Origin: Candidatus Eiseniibacteriota bacterium
Lineage (GTDB): Bacteria > Orphanbacterota > Orphanbacteria > Orphanbacterales > Orphanbacteraceae
Direction of reading: 5' to 3'
Length of the DNA: 64,000 nucleotides
NCBI GenBank assembly: GCA_043809585.1
Contig: JBDROZ010000070.1
Coordinates: 15,122 to 79,121, forward strand
Shown piece by piece: positions 47,762 to 59,696 of the stretch (its first letter is position 1; each line of letters starts with the position of its first letter). The notes under the pieces are model-generated. The model saw nothing but the letters and a program-made list of their open reading frames with translations. It ran no database searches and was not told where the DNA came from. The translations under genes and the position numbers were made by a program.

Positions 47762-49132
47762 TCAGTCCGTTCCGGGGCCGGGCGGGGAAGGCTCCTCCTG
47801 GGCGACGAACCCGAGGCCCCGGAGCCGCTCGATCGCGGGGACCTCGAGCCGGACCCTGACCCGCACGCGGTCTTCGCGGTAGGAGCGCTCGAGCACCTCC
47901 CCCTCCCGGTAGACCCGTGCCGCCTCCGCGGAGGCGGAGGGGGGAAACTCGAGATCGACCACGCGCCGGAGGGACCGGGCCTCCCGGAGCATCTCTTCGA
48001 GAAGGCGGTCGACGCCCGACCCGGTGATGGCGCTCGTGATGAGCGCCGGCCCGTACCGGTTGGCGAGATGGTTCAACGAGAGGGGATCTTCGACGCGGTC
48101 CTCCTTGTTCAGCACCAGGATCGTCGGCTTGTGGGAAACGCCCAGCTCCTCGAGAACTTCGTGGACCGTCTCGATCTGCCCCTCCCCGTCGCCGCTCGAC
48201 GCGTCCACCACGTGAATCAGGAGGTCCGCCTCCCTCACCTCGGCGAGGGTCGCGCGGAAGGAGGCGATCAACGAGTGGGGAAGTTTTCGAATGAAGCCGA
48301 TCGTGTCGGAGAGAACGATCCGGTAGTCCCGGGAGAGCTCCACCACCCGGCTCGTGGTGTCGAGGGTGGAGAAGAGCTCGTCTTCCGCCTTCACCGTGGT
48401 CCCGGCGAGGCGGTTCAGGAGCGTCGACTTCCCGGCGTTCGTGTACCCGACGAGGGCGGCGGTCACCTGGCTCCGGCGGGCGCGCCGCTGCACGTCCCGG
48501 CTTATGTCGATCCGCTTGAGCGCCTTTTTCAGATTGTCGATCCGCTCCCGCACTCGCCGCCGGTCGACTTCGAGCTGGGTCTCGCCGGGACCCCGCGTGC
48601 CGATTCCGCCTCCGAGCCGGGAAAGGTGCTGCCAGAGCCTCCGGAGCCGGGGCAACGCGTATTCGAGTTGGGCCAGCTCGACCTGGAGCTTCGCCGTGTC
48701 CGTGCGTGCGTGAATCGCGAAGATATGGAGAATCAACTCGCTCCGGTCGATCACCTTCGCCCGGATCGCTTTTTCGAGGGTCCTGCCCTGGGCGGGGCTG
48801 AGATTGTTGTCGAAGATGAGGAGACGGGCGCCGTGCTCCCGCATGAACTCGCCGAGCTCTTCGACCTTGCCCTTGCCGATGTAGGTGGCGCCTTCAATGC
48901 GCGTGCGCCGCTGGCGGAATCGCCCCACCACCTCCGCGCCGGCGGTGCGCGCGAGCTCCGCCAGTTCCTCGAGGGAGCGCTCGATCGCGGCCGGCGGGTC
49001 GTCCGGGAGGCCGACGGCGACGAGGACCGCCGTCTCCATCCCCGGCTTCGAAAGGTCGACGCCCTCGTCCGTGTATTCGGGAGGGGTCTCTCTGCCGGGT
49101 TTCCGCCGGCGCCGCGGGTCCTGGCTCGTCAA
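47762..49132 (-). CDS. hflX: GTPase HflX
   Basis: HflX N-terminal domain, G1 GYTNAGKSTLLN, G3 DTIGF, G4 NKED. Confidence 0.8.
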   Translation of the reverse strand: MTSQDPRRRRKPGRETPPEYTDEGVDLSKPGMETAVLVAVGLPDDPPAAIERSLEELAELARTAGAEVVGRFRQRRTRIEGATYIGKGKVEELGEFMREHGARLLIFDNNLSPAQGRTLEKAIRAKVIDRSELILHIFAIHARTDTAKLQVELAQLEYALPRLRRLWQHLSRLGGGIGTRGPGETQLEVDRRRVRERIDNLKKALKRIDISRDVQRRARRSQVTAALVGYTNAGKSTLLNRLAGTTVKAEDELFSTLDTTSRVVELSRDYRIVLSDTIGFIRKLPHSLIASFRATLAEVREADLLIHVVDASSGDGEGQIETVHEVLEELGVSHKPTILVLNKEDRVEDPLSLNHLANRYGPALITSAITGSGVDRLLEEMLREARSLRRVVDLEFPPSASAEAARVYREGEVLERSYREDRVRVRVRLEVPAIERLRGLGFVAQEEPSPPGPGTD

Positions 49133-49139
49133 TCCCCGC

Positions 49140-51596
49140 CTACCCTTCCTCGTCCGGCCCGATATCCAGGTCCCCGTCCTCCTCGTTCACCACCCGGGCC
49201 ACGGCCATCACCACGTCCCCCTCGTCGAGGTTGATCATCTTCACGCCCTGCGTGTTCCGCCCCATCATAGAGACGCCGCTCACCGCGAGCCGCAGGATGA
49301 TCCCGTTCCGAGTGATGATCATGAGCTCGTCCGAATCGATGACCTCCCGGATGCCGACGAGCCGGCCGTTCCGCTCGCTCGCCTTGATGGTGATGATCCC
49401 CTTGCCGCCCCGTCTCGTTACGCGGTACTCCTCGATGGTGGTCCGTTTGCCGTAGCCGTTCTCGGTCACCACGATGACCGAGCCGTTCCGCTCGAGGGTG
49501 ACCATGCCGATCACTTCGTCCCCCGGATCGACGAAGGCGCCCCGAACGCCCCGGGCCGTGCGCCCCATGGGCCGCACTTCCTCTTCGTGGAAGCGGATCG
49601 CCTTGCCGAGGAGCTTCGCGAGAATGATCTCGCTCGACCCGTCGGTCACCTTCGCCTCGATCAGGCCATCCCCTTCTTCCATGGTGATCGCGTAGATGCC
49701 GACCCTCCGCGGGTTGCCGAAGGCGGAGAGGGGCGTCTTCTTGATGTAGCCCTTGCGGGTGGCGAGGACCAGGTACTTGTCGTCCGGGAAGTCCCGCACG
49801 GCGATGACCGCCGTGACCTTCTCGTCCTGCCGGAGCTGCACGAGGTTCACCACCGCCTTGCCCCGGGCGGTCCGACTCGCCTGCGGCACCTGGTGCGCCT
49901 TCAGCCAGTAGCATCGCCCCTGGTCGGTGAAGAACAACAGGTACGAGTGGGTCGAGGCGATGAAAAGCTGCTCCACGAAGTCCTCGTCCTTCGTCGTCGC
50001 CCCCATGATGCCCCGCCCGCCCCGGTGCTGCTTGCGGTAGGTGCCGACGGGGAGGCGCTTGATGTAGCCGGCGTGGGAGATAGTGACCACCATGTCCTCG
50101 TCCGCGATCAGATCCTCGAAATCGAAGCTGATCACGTCGTCGATGATGTCCGTCCGGCGCTCGTCGCCGTACAGGTCCTTCATCTCCTCGATCTCGTCCT
50201 TCAAGATCTGGCTGATCCGCGCCTCGCTCGCGAGAATGTTCCGGAGGTCCTCGATCGTCTTGATCAGCTCGAGGTACTCCTCCTCGATCTTCTTCCGCTC
50301 CATGCCGGTGAGCCGCTGGAGGCGCATGTCGAGGATCGCCTGGGCCTGCTTCTCGCTCAGATCGAACCGCGACATCAGGCCCTGCCGGGCGGTCTCCGTG
50401 TCGGCCGAGCCCCGGATGAGGGCGATGATCTCGTCGATGTGGTCGAGGGCGATCCGGAGCCCCTCGAGGATGTGGGCCCGGTCTTCCGCTTTGCGGAGAT
50501 CGAACTCGGTGCGGCGCCGCACCACCTCGCGGCGGTGCCGCACGTACTCGGTGAGCAGATCCTTCAGCGTGAGGACCTTCGGTTCCTGGTCGACCAGCGC
50601 GATGAGAGAGGCGCCGAAGGTGTCCTGCATCTGGGTGCGTTGAAAGAGCTGGTTCATGATGACCTGGGTCGGCGCGTCCTTCTTCAGCTCGACCACGATC
50701 CGCATTCCGTTACGGTCCGACTCGTCCCGGATATCCGAGATCCCGTCGACTTCGCCGTCCCGGACGAGCCCCGCGATCTTCTCGATCAGCGTGGTCTTGT
50801 TGACCTGGTAGGGGATCTCGTGGATGACGATCCGCTCCCGGTCGTTCTTGTACGTCTCCATGCTCGTTCGGGCGCGGACCGTGATGCGGCCGTGGCCGGT
50901 CAGGTAGGCGCGGCGGATGCCGTCCACCCCGTGGATCACGCCTCCCGTCGGAAAATCAGGTCCCTTCACGTAATCGAGCAGCGCCACGTCCGGGATGTCC
51001 GGGTTATCGATGACCGCCGTCAGGGCGTCCGCCACTTCCCGGATGTTGTGGGGCGGAATGTTCGTCGCCATGCCGACGGCGATTCCGGTGCAGCCGTTGA
51101 CGAGGAGGTTCGGGAACTTTCCGGGAAGAACGACCGGCTCGTCCTTCGTCTCGTCGTAGTTCGGCCGGAAGTCGACGGTCTCCTTGTCGAGATCTTCGAG
51201 AAGATGGGTCGCGGGCCGGGCCATCCGCGCCTCGGTGTATCGCATCGCCGCCGGCGGGTCGCCGTCGATGGACCCGAAGTTCCCCTGCCCGTCGATGACC
51301 GGGTAGCGCATGTTGAAGGGCTGGGCGAGGCGGACCAGGGTCGGGTAGATCACCTGCTCGCCGTGGGGGTGGTAGTTACCGGAGGTGTCGCCCGCGATCT
51401 TCGCGCACTTCCTGTGCTGGCTTCCCGGCGCGAGCCTGAGGTCGTTCATCGCCACGAGAATCCGGCGCTGCGACGGCTTCAGCCCGTCCCTCACGTCGGG
51501 AAGGGCGCGCTGGATGATCACGCTCATCGCGTACGTGAGGTACGACTCGGTCATCTCCTTTTCGAGTCGAACGGGAAGAATGGTCTCTTGGGTCAT
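49140..51596 (-). CDS. gyrA: DNA gyrase subunit A
   Basis: LKPSQRRILVAM, active-site Tyr region (AAMRYTEARM), GyrA box and C-terminal beta-pinwheel repeats. Confidence 0.9.
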   Translation of the reverse strand: MTQETILPVRLEKEMTESYLTYAMSVIIQRALPDVRDGLKPSQRRILVAMNDLRLAPGSQHRKCAKIAGDTSGNYHPHGEQVIYPTLVRLAQPFNMRYPVIDGQGNFGSIDGDPPAAMRYTEARMARPATHLLEDLDKETVDFRPNYDETKDEPVVLPGKFPNLLVNGCTGIAVGMATNIPPHNIREVADALTAVIDNPDIPDVALLDYVKGPDFPTGGVIHGVDGIRRAYLTGHGRITVRARTSMETYKNDRERIVIHEIPYQVNKTTLIEKIAGLVRDGEVDGISDIRDESDRNGMRIVVELKKDAPTQVIMNQLFQRTQMQDTFGASLIALVDQEPKVLTLKDLLTEYVRHRREVVRRRTEFDLRKAEDRAHILEGLRIALDHIDEIIALIRGSADTETARQGLMSRFDLSEKQAQAILDMRLQRLTGMERKKIEEEYLELIKTIEDLRNILASEARISQILKDEIEEMKDLYGDERRTDIIDDVISFDFEDLIADEDMVVTISHAGYIKRLPVGTYRKQHRGGRGIMGATTKDEDFVEQLFIASTHSYLLFFTDQGRCYWLKAHQVPQASRTARGKAVVNLVQLRQDEKVTAVIAVRDFPDDKYLVLATRKGYIKKTPLSAFGNPRRVGIYAITMEEGDGLIEAKVTDGSSEIILAKLLGKAIRFHEEEVRPMGRTARGVRGAFVDPGDEVIGMVTLERNGSVIVVTENGYGKRTTIEEYRVTRRGGKGIITIKASERNGRLVGIREVIDSDELMIITRNGIILRLAVSGVSMMGRNTQGVKMINLDEGDVVMAVARVVNEEDGDLDIGPDEEG

Positions 51597-51606
51597 GTCC
51601 TATCCT

Positions 51607-53876
<2,270 letters not shown>

Positions 53877-53887
<11 letters not shown>

Positions 53888-54980
53888 GAACCACCATCCC
53901 CTCTTCCGGCAGCGAGAAGCGGACCGCGTCCGGAAAGTACCTTTCCAGGTCGCTCCGGTCGGTGCCGGTGGCAAAGACCTGCCCTTCGCCGGCGAGTCTC
54001 TCGGCGAGGGCGAGCGAACGGCCCTCGTCGAGTTCGGTGAAGACGTCGTCGAGCAGGAGGAGGGGCGACTCCTTCGTGACCCGCCGCATCAACCTCCCGG
54101 CGGCGATCTTCAGGGCGAGCACCGCCGTGCGGTGTTGGCCCCGGGATCCGAAACTGCGGATCGTCTTCCCGCCGAGGAGGATCTCCACATCGTCCAGATG
54201 GGGTCCCACCGAGGTGCGCCCCGTCCGGAGATCCCGCTCCCGGTGCATTCGCAGCTTACGGACGAAAGCCTCTTCCGAAGCTCCGTCGTCGCCCCTCACG
54301 CCCGGCACGTACGCGACTTCCAGTCTCTCGCCCCCGCCGAGCTCGCCGTACACACCCTCCGCGATCGGTCCGAGCTCTTCCAGCGCCTCCCTCCTCATCT
54401 CGAGAAGGGGCGTCGCGAAGCGGGCGAGCTGGCGATCCCACGGATCGAGAAGAGCACCGCCGCCGCGGCCGAAGCCCTCCCGGAGGAGGCGGCCCCTGTG
54501 GCGGTGCACCCTTTGATACTCCTGCAGCGAGCGGAGGTAGACGCCGGACAAGGTGCAGAGCGTGAGATCGAGGAACTGGCGCCTGCGCTCCGGCTCTCCC
54601 CTCGTGATATCCACATCCTCGGGCGATACGAACACGACACCGCACCGTCCGACCATTTCGCTGAGCCTGGCGACCTCTTTCCGGTCAACGCTCCCCCGCT
54701 TGCCCGCGCCTTCCTCGTAAACGAGAGCGAGGGTCGTCCGCCCACCGCCCCCCTTCCGCAATTCTCCGGCCACCGAGAATGCGCGGCTTTCGAATCGGAC
54801 CAGCTCGGCGTCTCTGCGGGTGCGGTGGGATCGGGTCGCGCCGAGGAGGAAGATCGCCTCGAGGAGATTCGTCTTTCCCCTTCCGTTCGGTCCCCAGATC
54901 GCGGCGGAGCGTCCCTCGAAACCGATTTCGAGACTCCGAAAATTGCGGAAATCCGCGAGCCGCAGGGTTTCGAGAATCAC
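53877..54980 (-). CDS. recF: DNA replication and repair protein RecF
   Basis: Walker A GPNGRGKTNLLEAI, ABC signature and Walker B LLLDDV. Confidence 0.85.
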
Positions 54981-55004
54981 CTCCCGATCCCGTCCCGCTC
55001 CGGC

Positions 55005-56123
55005 CTACTCGGCCAGGCGCAGAGGCATGAGGAGACAGAAGTAATGCTCGTCCTTCTCCTGCTCCATCGGTTCGAGAATCGCCGCTTTGATCGGCGTGTC
55101 GAGACAGAGCTTCACCTTCTCCCCGTCCAGGTTCTTCAGAATGTCGGTGAGATACGACGAGTTGTAGCCGATGTCCATCTTTTCCTCGCCGTACTCCGCC
55201 TCGATCTGATCGGTCGCTTCCCCGAGATCGGGAGTGTTCGACCGGAAGACTATCGAATTCTTCTCGAGGGACACCTGGACCTGATGGGTCAAGGTGTCGG
55301 AAAGAATCGCCACTCGGCGGCACGCGGTCATCGCCTTGGTACGATCGATGACGGCGATCTTTTCGTTGCTCTTCGGAATCACCTGCTCATAACGCGGAAA
55401 GGGGCCCTCGAGAAGCCGCGAATAGATAATCGTCCGCCCGAAGGAAAAAACCAGGTAGTTGTTGTCCACCGTGATGTCCACGTCCTCGTTTGCCTGCTCG
55501 CCGCAGAGGTAGGCCATCTGGCCGAGCGCCTTCGGTGAGACGAGAAACTCCTTGCGTCCCTTTACGGGGAACTTGCCGTTCTTTTCTATCTTCGCGAGGC
55601 GGTAGCCGTCGGTGCAGACCATCTCCATGCGGAGAGGCTCGACGCGCCAGAAGACGCCGTTCAGGGCGGGCCTCGTCTCGTCCTTCGAAACGGCGAACGC
55701 GGTTTTGGAGATCATGCGCTGCAGCGTGCCGCCGGGAAGCGCGATCTTTTCTTTCGACTGGATTGCCGGAGTCTTGGGAAACTCCTCTTCCGCGATACCC
55801 ATGATCCCGTACTTGGTTTCGCCGCACTCGATGCGGATCTTAGTCTCTCCTTCGAGAGAGAAACGGATCTTGTCGTCCGGAAGAAGACGGACTATTTCTC
55901 CGAGCCGGCGGGCAGGAACGGTGATGACCCCCTCGGTCTTCACCTTGGCCGGGACCGTCGTGGAGATCGACGTGTCCAGATCGGTGCAAACGATGGTGAC
56001 CTCGTCCTTCTTCACCTCGAGCAGGAGGTTCGAAAGAACGGGGAGCGTCGTTTTCGGTGGAACGATGTGGAGGACCAGATCCAACGTCCGGGAGAGGTCC
56101 GCCTTTTCGATCACGAATTCCAT
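55005..56123 (-). CDS. dnaN: DNA polymerase III beta sliding clamp
   Basis: MEFVIEKADLSRTLDLV...TTLPVLSNLLLE three-domain clamp; start at ATG 56123 after an AGGAGG SD. Confidence 0.85.
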   Translation of the reverse strand: MEFVIEKADLSRTLDLVLHIVPPKTTLPVLSNLLLEVKKDEVTIVCTDLDTSISTTVPAKVKTEGVITVPARRLGEIVRLLPDDKIRFSLEGETKIRIECGETKYGIMGIAEEEFPKTPAIQSKEKIALPGGTLQRMISKTAFAVSKDETRPALNGVFWRVEPLRMEMVCTDGYRLAKIEKNGKFPVKGRKEFLVSPKALGQMAYLCGEQANEDVDITVDNNYLVFSFGRTIIYSRLLEGPFPRYEQVIPKSNEKIAVIDRTKAMTACRRVAILSDTLTHQVQVSLEKNSIVFRSNTPDLGEATDQIEAEYGEEKMDIGYNSSYLTDILKNLDGEKVKLCLDTPIKAAILEPMEQEKDEHYFCLLMPLRLAE

Positions 56124-56229
56124 GAATGTCCTCCTGGACACAGAAAGATAGGTCCCGTCGAGGAGCCCGCGGCTCGCGGCTTCCGTACGCGCATTATAGG
56201 AGACCGCCCCGGAACGGGCAAGGGAAAAC

Positions 56230-56700
56230 ACCCCGGTAGAAATTGCTATAACACAAACATTGTCATTTGATTACGGGATCGCATTTTGGACGAGCCTAAA
56301 ACGAATCGTTCACAATAATAGTCCCTTCTTCTTCTGAATAAGATCTCTAGTAGTAGTAGTAGGGGCTGCGGATATGTGGACAAAAGCACGGGAAGCCGTC
56401 TCTCTCTCGAATTCGAGGTCCTCCGTCGAGTGAGTCGTCCACGGGCTTGTGGACGACCTCCGGAGAAAGGGACGACTTGTCCACCGTCCCCCGGGGAGGA
56501 CCGATCCGTCCACCGATCGGGCCTCTTCTTCCACGAGTCATGCACCGGTTTGTCCACGGGCGATCTTCCTGTCCTCTTCCTTGGTGTTTTCCGTTACTTT
56601 CGTGGTCTTCCTCTCCGGAGAAGGAACCCTGAAGCATTATGTGAGCATTAGTGAATGCGAGCACTGCGGCAGATGACGTGCCATCGCGCGAGCGTCAGCG
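56230..56700. promoter_or_regulatory. Chromosomal replication origin (oriC): AT-rich unwinding element plus DnaA-box cluster between dnaN and dnaA
   Basis: AT-rich 56240-56360 (tgctataacacaaacattgtcatttg..., aataatag, tagtagtagtag). DnaA-box variants: TGTGGACAA 56375-83, TCGTCCACG 56445-53, TGTGGACGA 56458-66, TTGTCCACC 56487-95, CCGTCCACC 56516-24, TTGTCCACG 56560-68. Confidence 0.55.
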
Positions 56701-56893
56701 ATTCGCACCGGGATTTCTTGCCGGATTAACCTGGGTTATGCATGAATCTCCGTCACGAGGGCTCGGATCGCCTGACGAGCCGCCACCGGAGGCGTAGTTA
56801 TACACTACGCCGAGGAGGCGGCGATGGAAAGGAGGCTTCGCAGGCGGCGATCCGAGATCGCAGTAGGAGATTTGTGCATAATCCAGGTTAAGG

Positions 56894-58255
56894 CTAGGCC
56901 GCGATGTGGTCGACGATCTTGTCGACTTTCGCACGGAAGCCTTCGTCCGCGCCGGTCAGGCGTTCGATCTTCTGGCATGCGTGGAGCACCGTCGAGTGGT
57001 CCCGATTCCCGAAACGCGCGCCGATCTGGCTGAGCGAAAGCCCCGTGAGCTCCCGGGCGAGGTACATGGCGATCTGTCGCGCCAGGGCGAGATCGGCGGT
57101 ACGCCGCTTGGAGAGCATTGCTTCCAGCGGGAGATCGAACTGGTCCGCCACGACCCGCTGGATCGCCTCCACCGTAGCCGCCCGGGCCTTCTTGGAGAGG
57201 AAGTCCTTCAATATTTCCCGGGCCATCTCGATCTTGATGTCCTGCCCCGTGAGGGACGAGAAGGCCAGGAGGCGCACCAGGGAACCCTCGAGCTCTCGGA
57301 TGTTCGAGCGGATCGAGTTGGCGATGAAGAGAAGCACGTCGTCCGGAATGGAGAGGCTTTCCGATTCCGCCTTCTTCCTTAGAATCGCGATCCGCGTCTC
57401 GAGATCGGCCGGCTGGATGTCCGCCACCAATCCCCACTCGAAGCGGGAAACGAGACGCTCTTCGAGGTTCGTGATGTCCTTCGGCATGCGGTCGCTCGTC
57501 AGGACGATCTGCTTCCGGGCGTTGTAGAGCGCGTTGAAAGTGTGGAAGAACTCCTCCTGGGTGCTCTCCTTCCCCGCGAGGAACTGGACATCGTCGATCA
57601 GAAGAAGGTCCACATTCCGGTAGCGCTCCTTGAAGTGCAGGGTGGATCCGTTTTGGATCGACTGAATCATCTCGTTCATGAAGCTCTCGGCCGAGACGTA
57701 ATGGACCGTGTAGCCCCGGTTCTTCTCTTCCACTCGGTGGCCGATTGCCTGAATGATGTGGGTCTTACCGAGGCCCGTTCCGCCGTACACGAAGAGGGGG
57801 TTGTAGATCTGGGCGGGGTTCTCCGCGACCGCCTGGGCGGCGGCGTGGGCGAACTGGTTCGACCGGCCGACCACGAAGGAGGAGAACGTGAACCGGTCGT
57901 TCAGCCGCGGGTTTGGTCCCCCATTCCGGGGTGCCCGGGCCGGGACCGCCGGGTCGGGTGTCTTCCCGGCGTGATCCCGTGCCGCGGGCTTGGGCCTGCG
58001 GAGAGGCTCGTCGGAGACGGTAAAGTCGATCTCCGGCGGAGGTGAACCGAGCGCCTCACCGAGGCTCCTTCGGATGAGCGAAAGGTGATTGTCCTTCAGC
58101 CAATCCGCGAAAAACTGGTTCGGCACCTGGATCCGGACCCCCTCCGCCGAGCAAGAGACACAGCGGGTGGGGAGGAACCAGGCCTCGAAAGTCTGAGGGG
58201 GCACCGCTTTCCGGATGGCAGTCAGCGCTTCATTCCAGAGTTCGGAGGGAGACAT
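56894..58255 (-). CDS. dnaA: Chromosomal replication initiator DnaA
   Basis: Walker A GGTGLGKTHI, LLIDDVQFL, sensor and C-terminal DnaA-box-binding HTH (LSKRRTADLALARQIAMYLAREL). Confidence 0.9.
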   Translation of the reverse strand: MSPSELWNEALTAIRKAVPPQTFEAWFLPTRCVSCSAEGVRIQVPNQFFADWLKDNHLSLIRRSLGEALGSPPPEIDFTVSDEPLRRPKPAARDHAGKTPDPAVPARAPRNGGPNPRLNDRFTFSSFVVGRSNQFAHAAAQAVAENPAQIYNPLFVYGGTGLGKTHIIQAIGHRVEEKNRGYTVHYVSAESFMNEMIQSIQNGSTLHFKERYRNVDLLLIDDVQFLAGKESTQEEFFHTFNALYNARKQIVLTSDRMPKDITNLEERLVSRFEWGLVADIQPADLETRIAILRKKAESESLSIPDDVLLFIANSIRSNIRELEGSLVRLLAFSSLTGQDIKIEMAREILKDFLSKKARAATVEAIQRVVADQFDLPLEAMLSKRRTADLALARQIAMYLARELTGLSLSQIGARFGNRDHSTVLHACQKIERLTGADEGFRAKVDKIVDHIAA

Positions 58256-58282
58256 GAATGGTGACTCCTGGGTTATCCTCGC

Positions 58283-58377
58283 TTATCCACAGAGAAAACC
58301 TATCTTTTCCACAGGTCTCGGGGGTAACCCCGGGAGAAGAGACAAAAACCCCCCTGTTTATCCACATATGTGGACAA
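58283..58377. promoter_or_regulatory. DnaA boxes upstream of dnaA (dnaA-rpmH divergent region)
   Basis: Perfect TTATCCACA at 58283-58291. TTTTCCACA at 58305-13. Convergent pair TTATCCACA (58358-66) / TGTGGACAA (58369-77). Confidence 0.5.
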
Positions 58378-58835
58378 ATTAACAACTCCTTACACAGCAG
58401 TTAGTTGAATCCGGAAATCGGGCGGGCGCCGTCCGGTCGGACCCGAGAAGGGGCGCACGTGGGCGTGGAATCCGCGCGAAGATGTCGAAAACGGATGTCG
58501 GTATGAGGATTGTATCCACACCCCGGACGGGATCCGCGAGATCACCGTGAGCGATGAGCATCGTAGCACGCGAAAAAGGAAGCGATCAAGGTTTTTCTCC
58601 GTGCCCCCCCGGGATTTTTGCACAGGCTAACCGATTCAATGATAATAAGAAGCGCGAAGCGGCCTCTCCTGGGGATATCTTTTCCTCCGAAACCTCTTGT
58701 CCGAGGAACGAGGGGGGGGCGATTCCCCTTGACACAACCCCACCCCCCCCATAGACTTTCCCCCAAAGTGGGAGTGTTTCTCGAATGGTCCGGCGGCACG
58801 GTCGCCGGACTCGGCACTTGACGAGGGAAATCGAC

Positions 58836-58970
58836 TTGAAGAGAACGTTTCAACCAAGCAACAAGAGGAAAAAGAGAAACCACGGGTTCCGGGCCCGCAT
58901 GAGGACCCGGGGGGGGCGCGCCGTACTCGCGCGTCGCCGGGCTAAGGGGAGAAAACGGCTCACTCCGTAG
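58836..58970 (+). CDS. rpmH: 50S ribosomal protein L34
   Basis: [43 protein letters not shown] is near-consensus L34. TTG 58836 gives the canonical 44 aa; the in-frame ATG at 58785 would add an atypical 17-aa extension. Confidence 0.75.
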   Translation: MKRTFQPSNKRKKRNHGFRARMRTRGGRAVLARRRAKGRKRLTP

Positions 58971-59387
58971 GTGAAGCTCTTGCAAGAGCGGAAGGTACGC
59001 CAAACGCTGCGCAGGTCGGAGAGGCTCCGCCAAAGGAAGGACTTCGATCGGCTGTTCCGCCAGAGCCGGGTCGCCCGAGGCGAGGACTTCCGAGTCCACT
59101 ATTTCCATCGAGACCCTGCGGGCCCGATTCCGGCGCGGGCGGCGTTTGTGGCGGGACGAAGAATCGGCAATTCGGTTACGCGAAACCGCATCAAGCGACT
59201 GCTCCGCGAGGCGTTTCGAAGGATCAAGAAGGACCTGAACCCCGCCCCTATCGACCTCGTCTTCGTGGCGAATCGCGATTTCTCGGGCCGGAGTTCGGGG
59301 GAAGTGACGGATCGGATGAGGGAACTCATGGCCAAGATCGGGGCCCTCGCCGAATCCGGGGCGTCCGGCGACGGCCCCGCGACATGA
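58971..59387 (+). CDS. rnpA: Ribonuclease P protein component
   Basis: Basic RNR motif region ([15 protein letters not shown]); GTG immediately after the rpmH stop. Confidence 0.75.
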   Translation: MKLLQERKVRQTLRRSERLRQRKDFDRLFRQSRVARGEDFRVHYFHRDPAGPIPARAAFVAGRRIGNSVTRNRIKRLLREAFRRIKKDLNPAPIDLVFVANRDFSGRSSGEVTDRMRELMAKIGALAESGASGDGPAT

Positions 59388-59593
59388 GATCGTTCTTGAT
59401 CCTTCTGATTCGCGCCTATCGTTTCTGCGTATCCCCTCTCTTTCCCGCTTCCTGCCGGTTCGAACCCTCCTGTTCCGCCTACGCCCTCGAGGCCGTGGAA
59501 CGCCACGGGTCGGCTCGGGGCGCGTGGGTGGCCGCCCGGCGTCTCCTCCGCTGCCATCCCTTTCACGAGGGAGGCCACGACCCGGTCCCCTAG
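59384..59593 (+). CDS. yidD: Membrane protein insertion efficiency factor YidD
   Basis: [35 protein letters not shown] is the conserved YidD/haemolytic-domain motif. Confidence 0.8.
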   Translation: MRSFLILLIRAYRFCVSPLFPASCRFEPSCSAYALEAVERHGSARGAWVAARRLLRCHPFHEGGHDPVP

Positions 59594-59696
59594 GGCCCGC
59601 CCCTTGCCGGGGCTCCCCGGGGTGGTGTCATCCGGGCCGCGCCTTCCTCTCGGAAAGCAGAACCGGGGCGAACGCTCCGCGACGCGTGGTAAATAA

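Noticed and set aside
58785-58970. Longer 61-aa form of L34 starting at ATG 58785
   Set aside because: L34 is almost universally 44-46 aa. TTG 58836 with a GAGGGA SD yields the canonical MKRTFQPS-type N-terminus. The extension [17 protein letters not shown] has no counterpart in L34.
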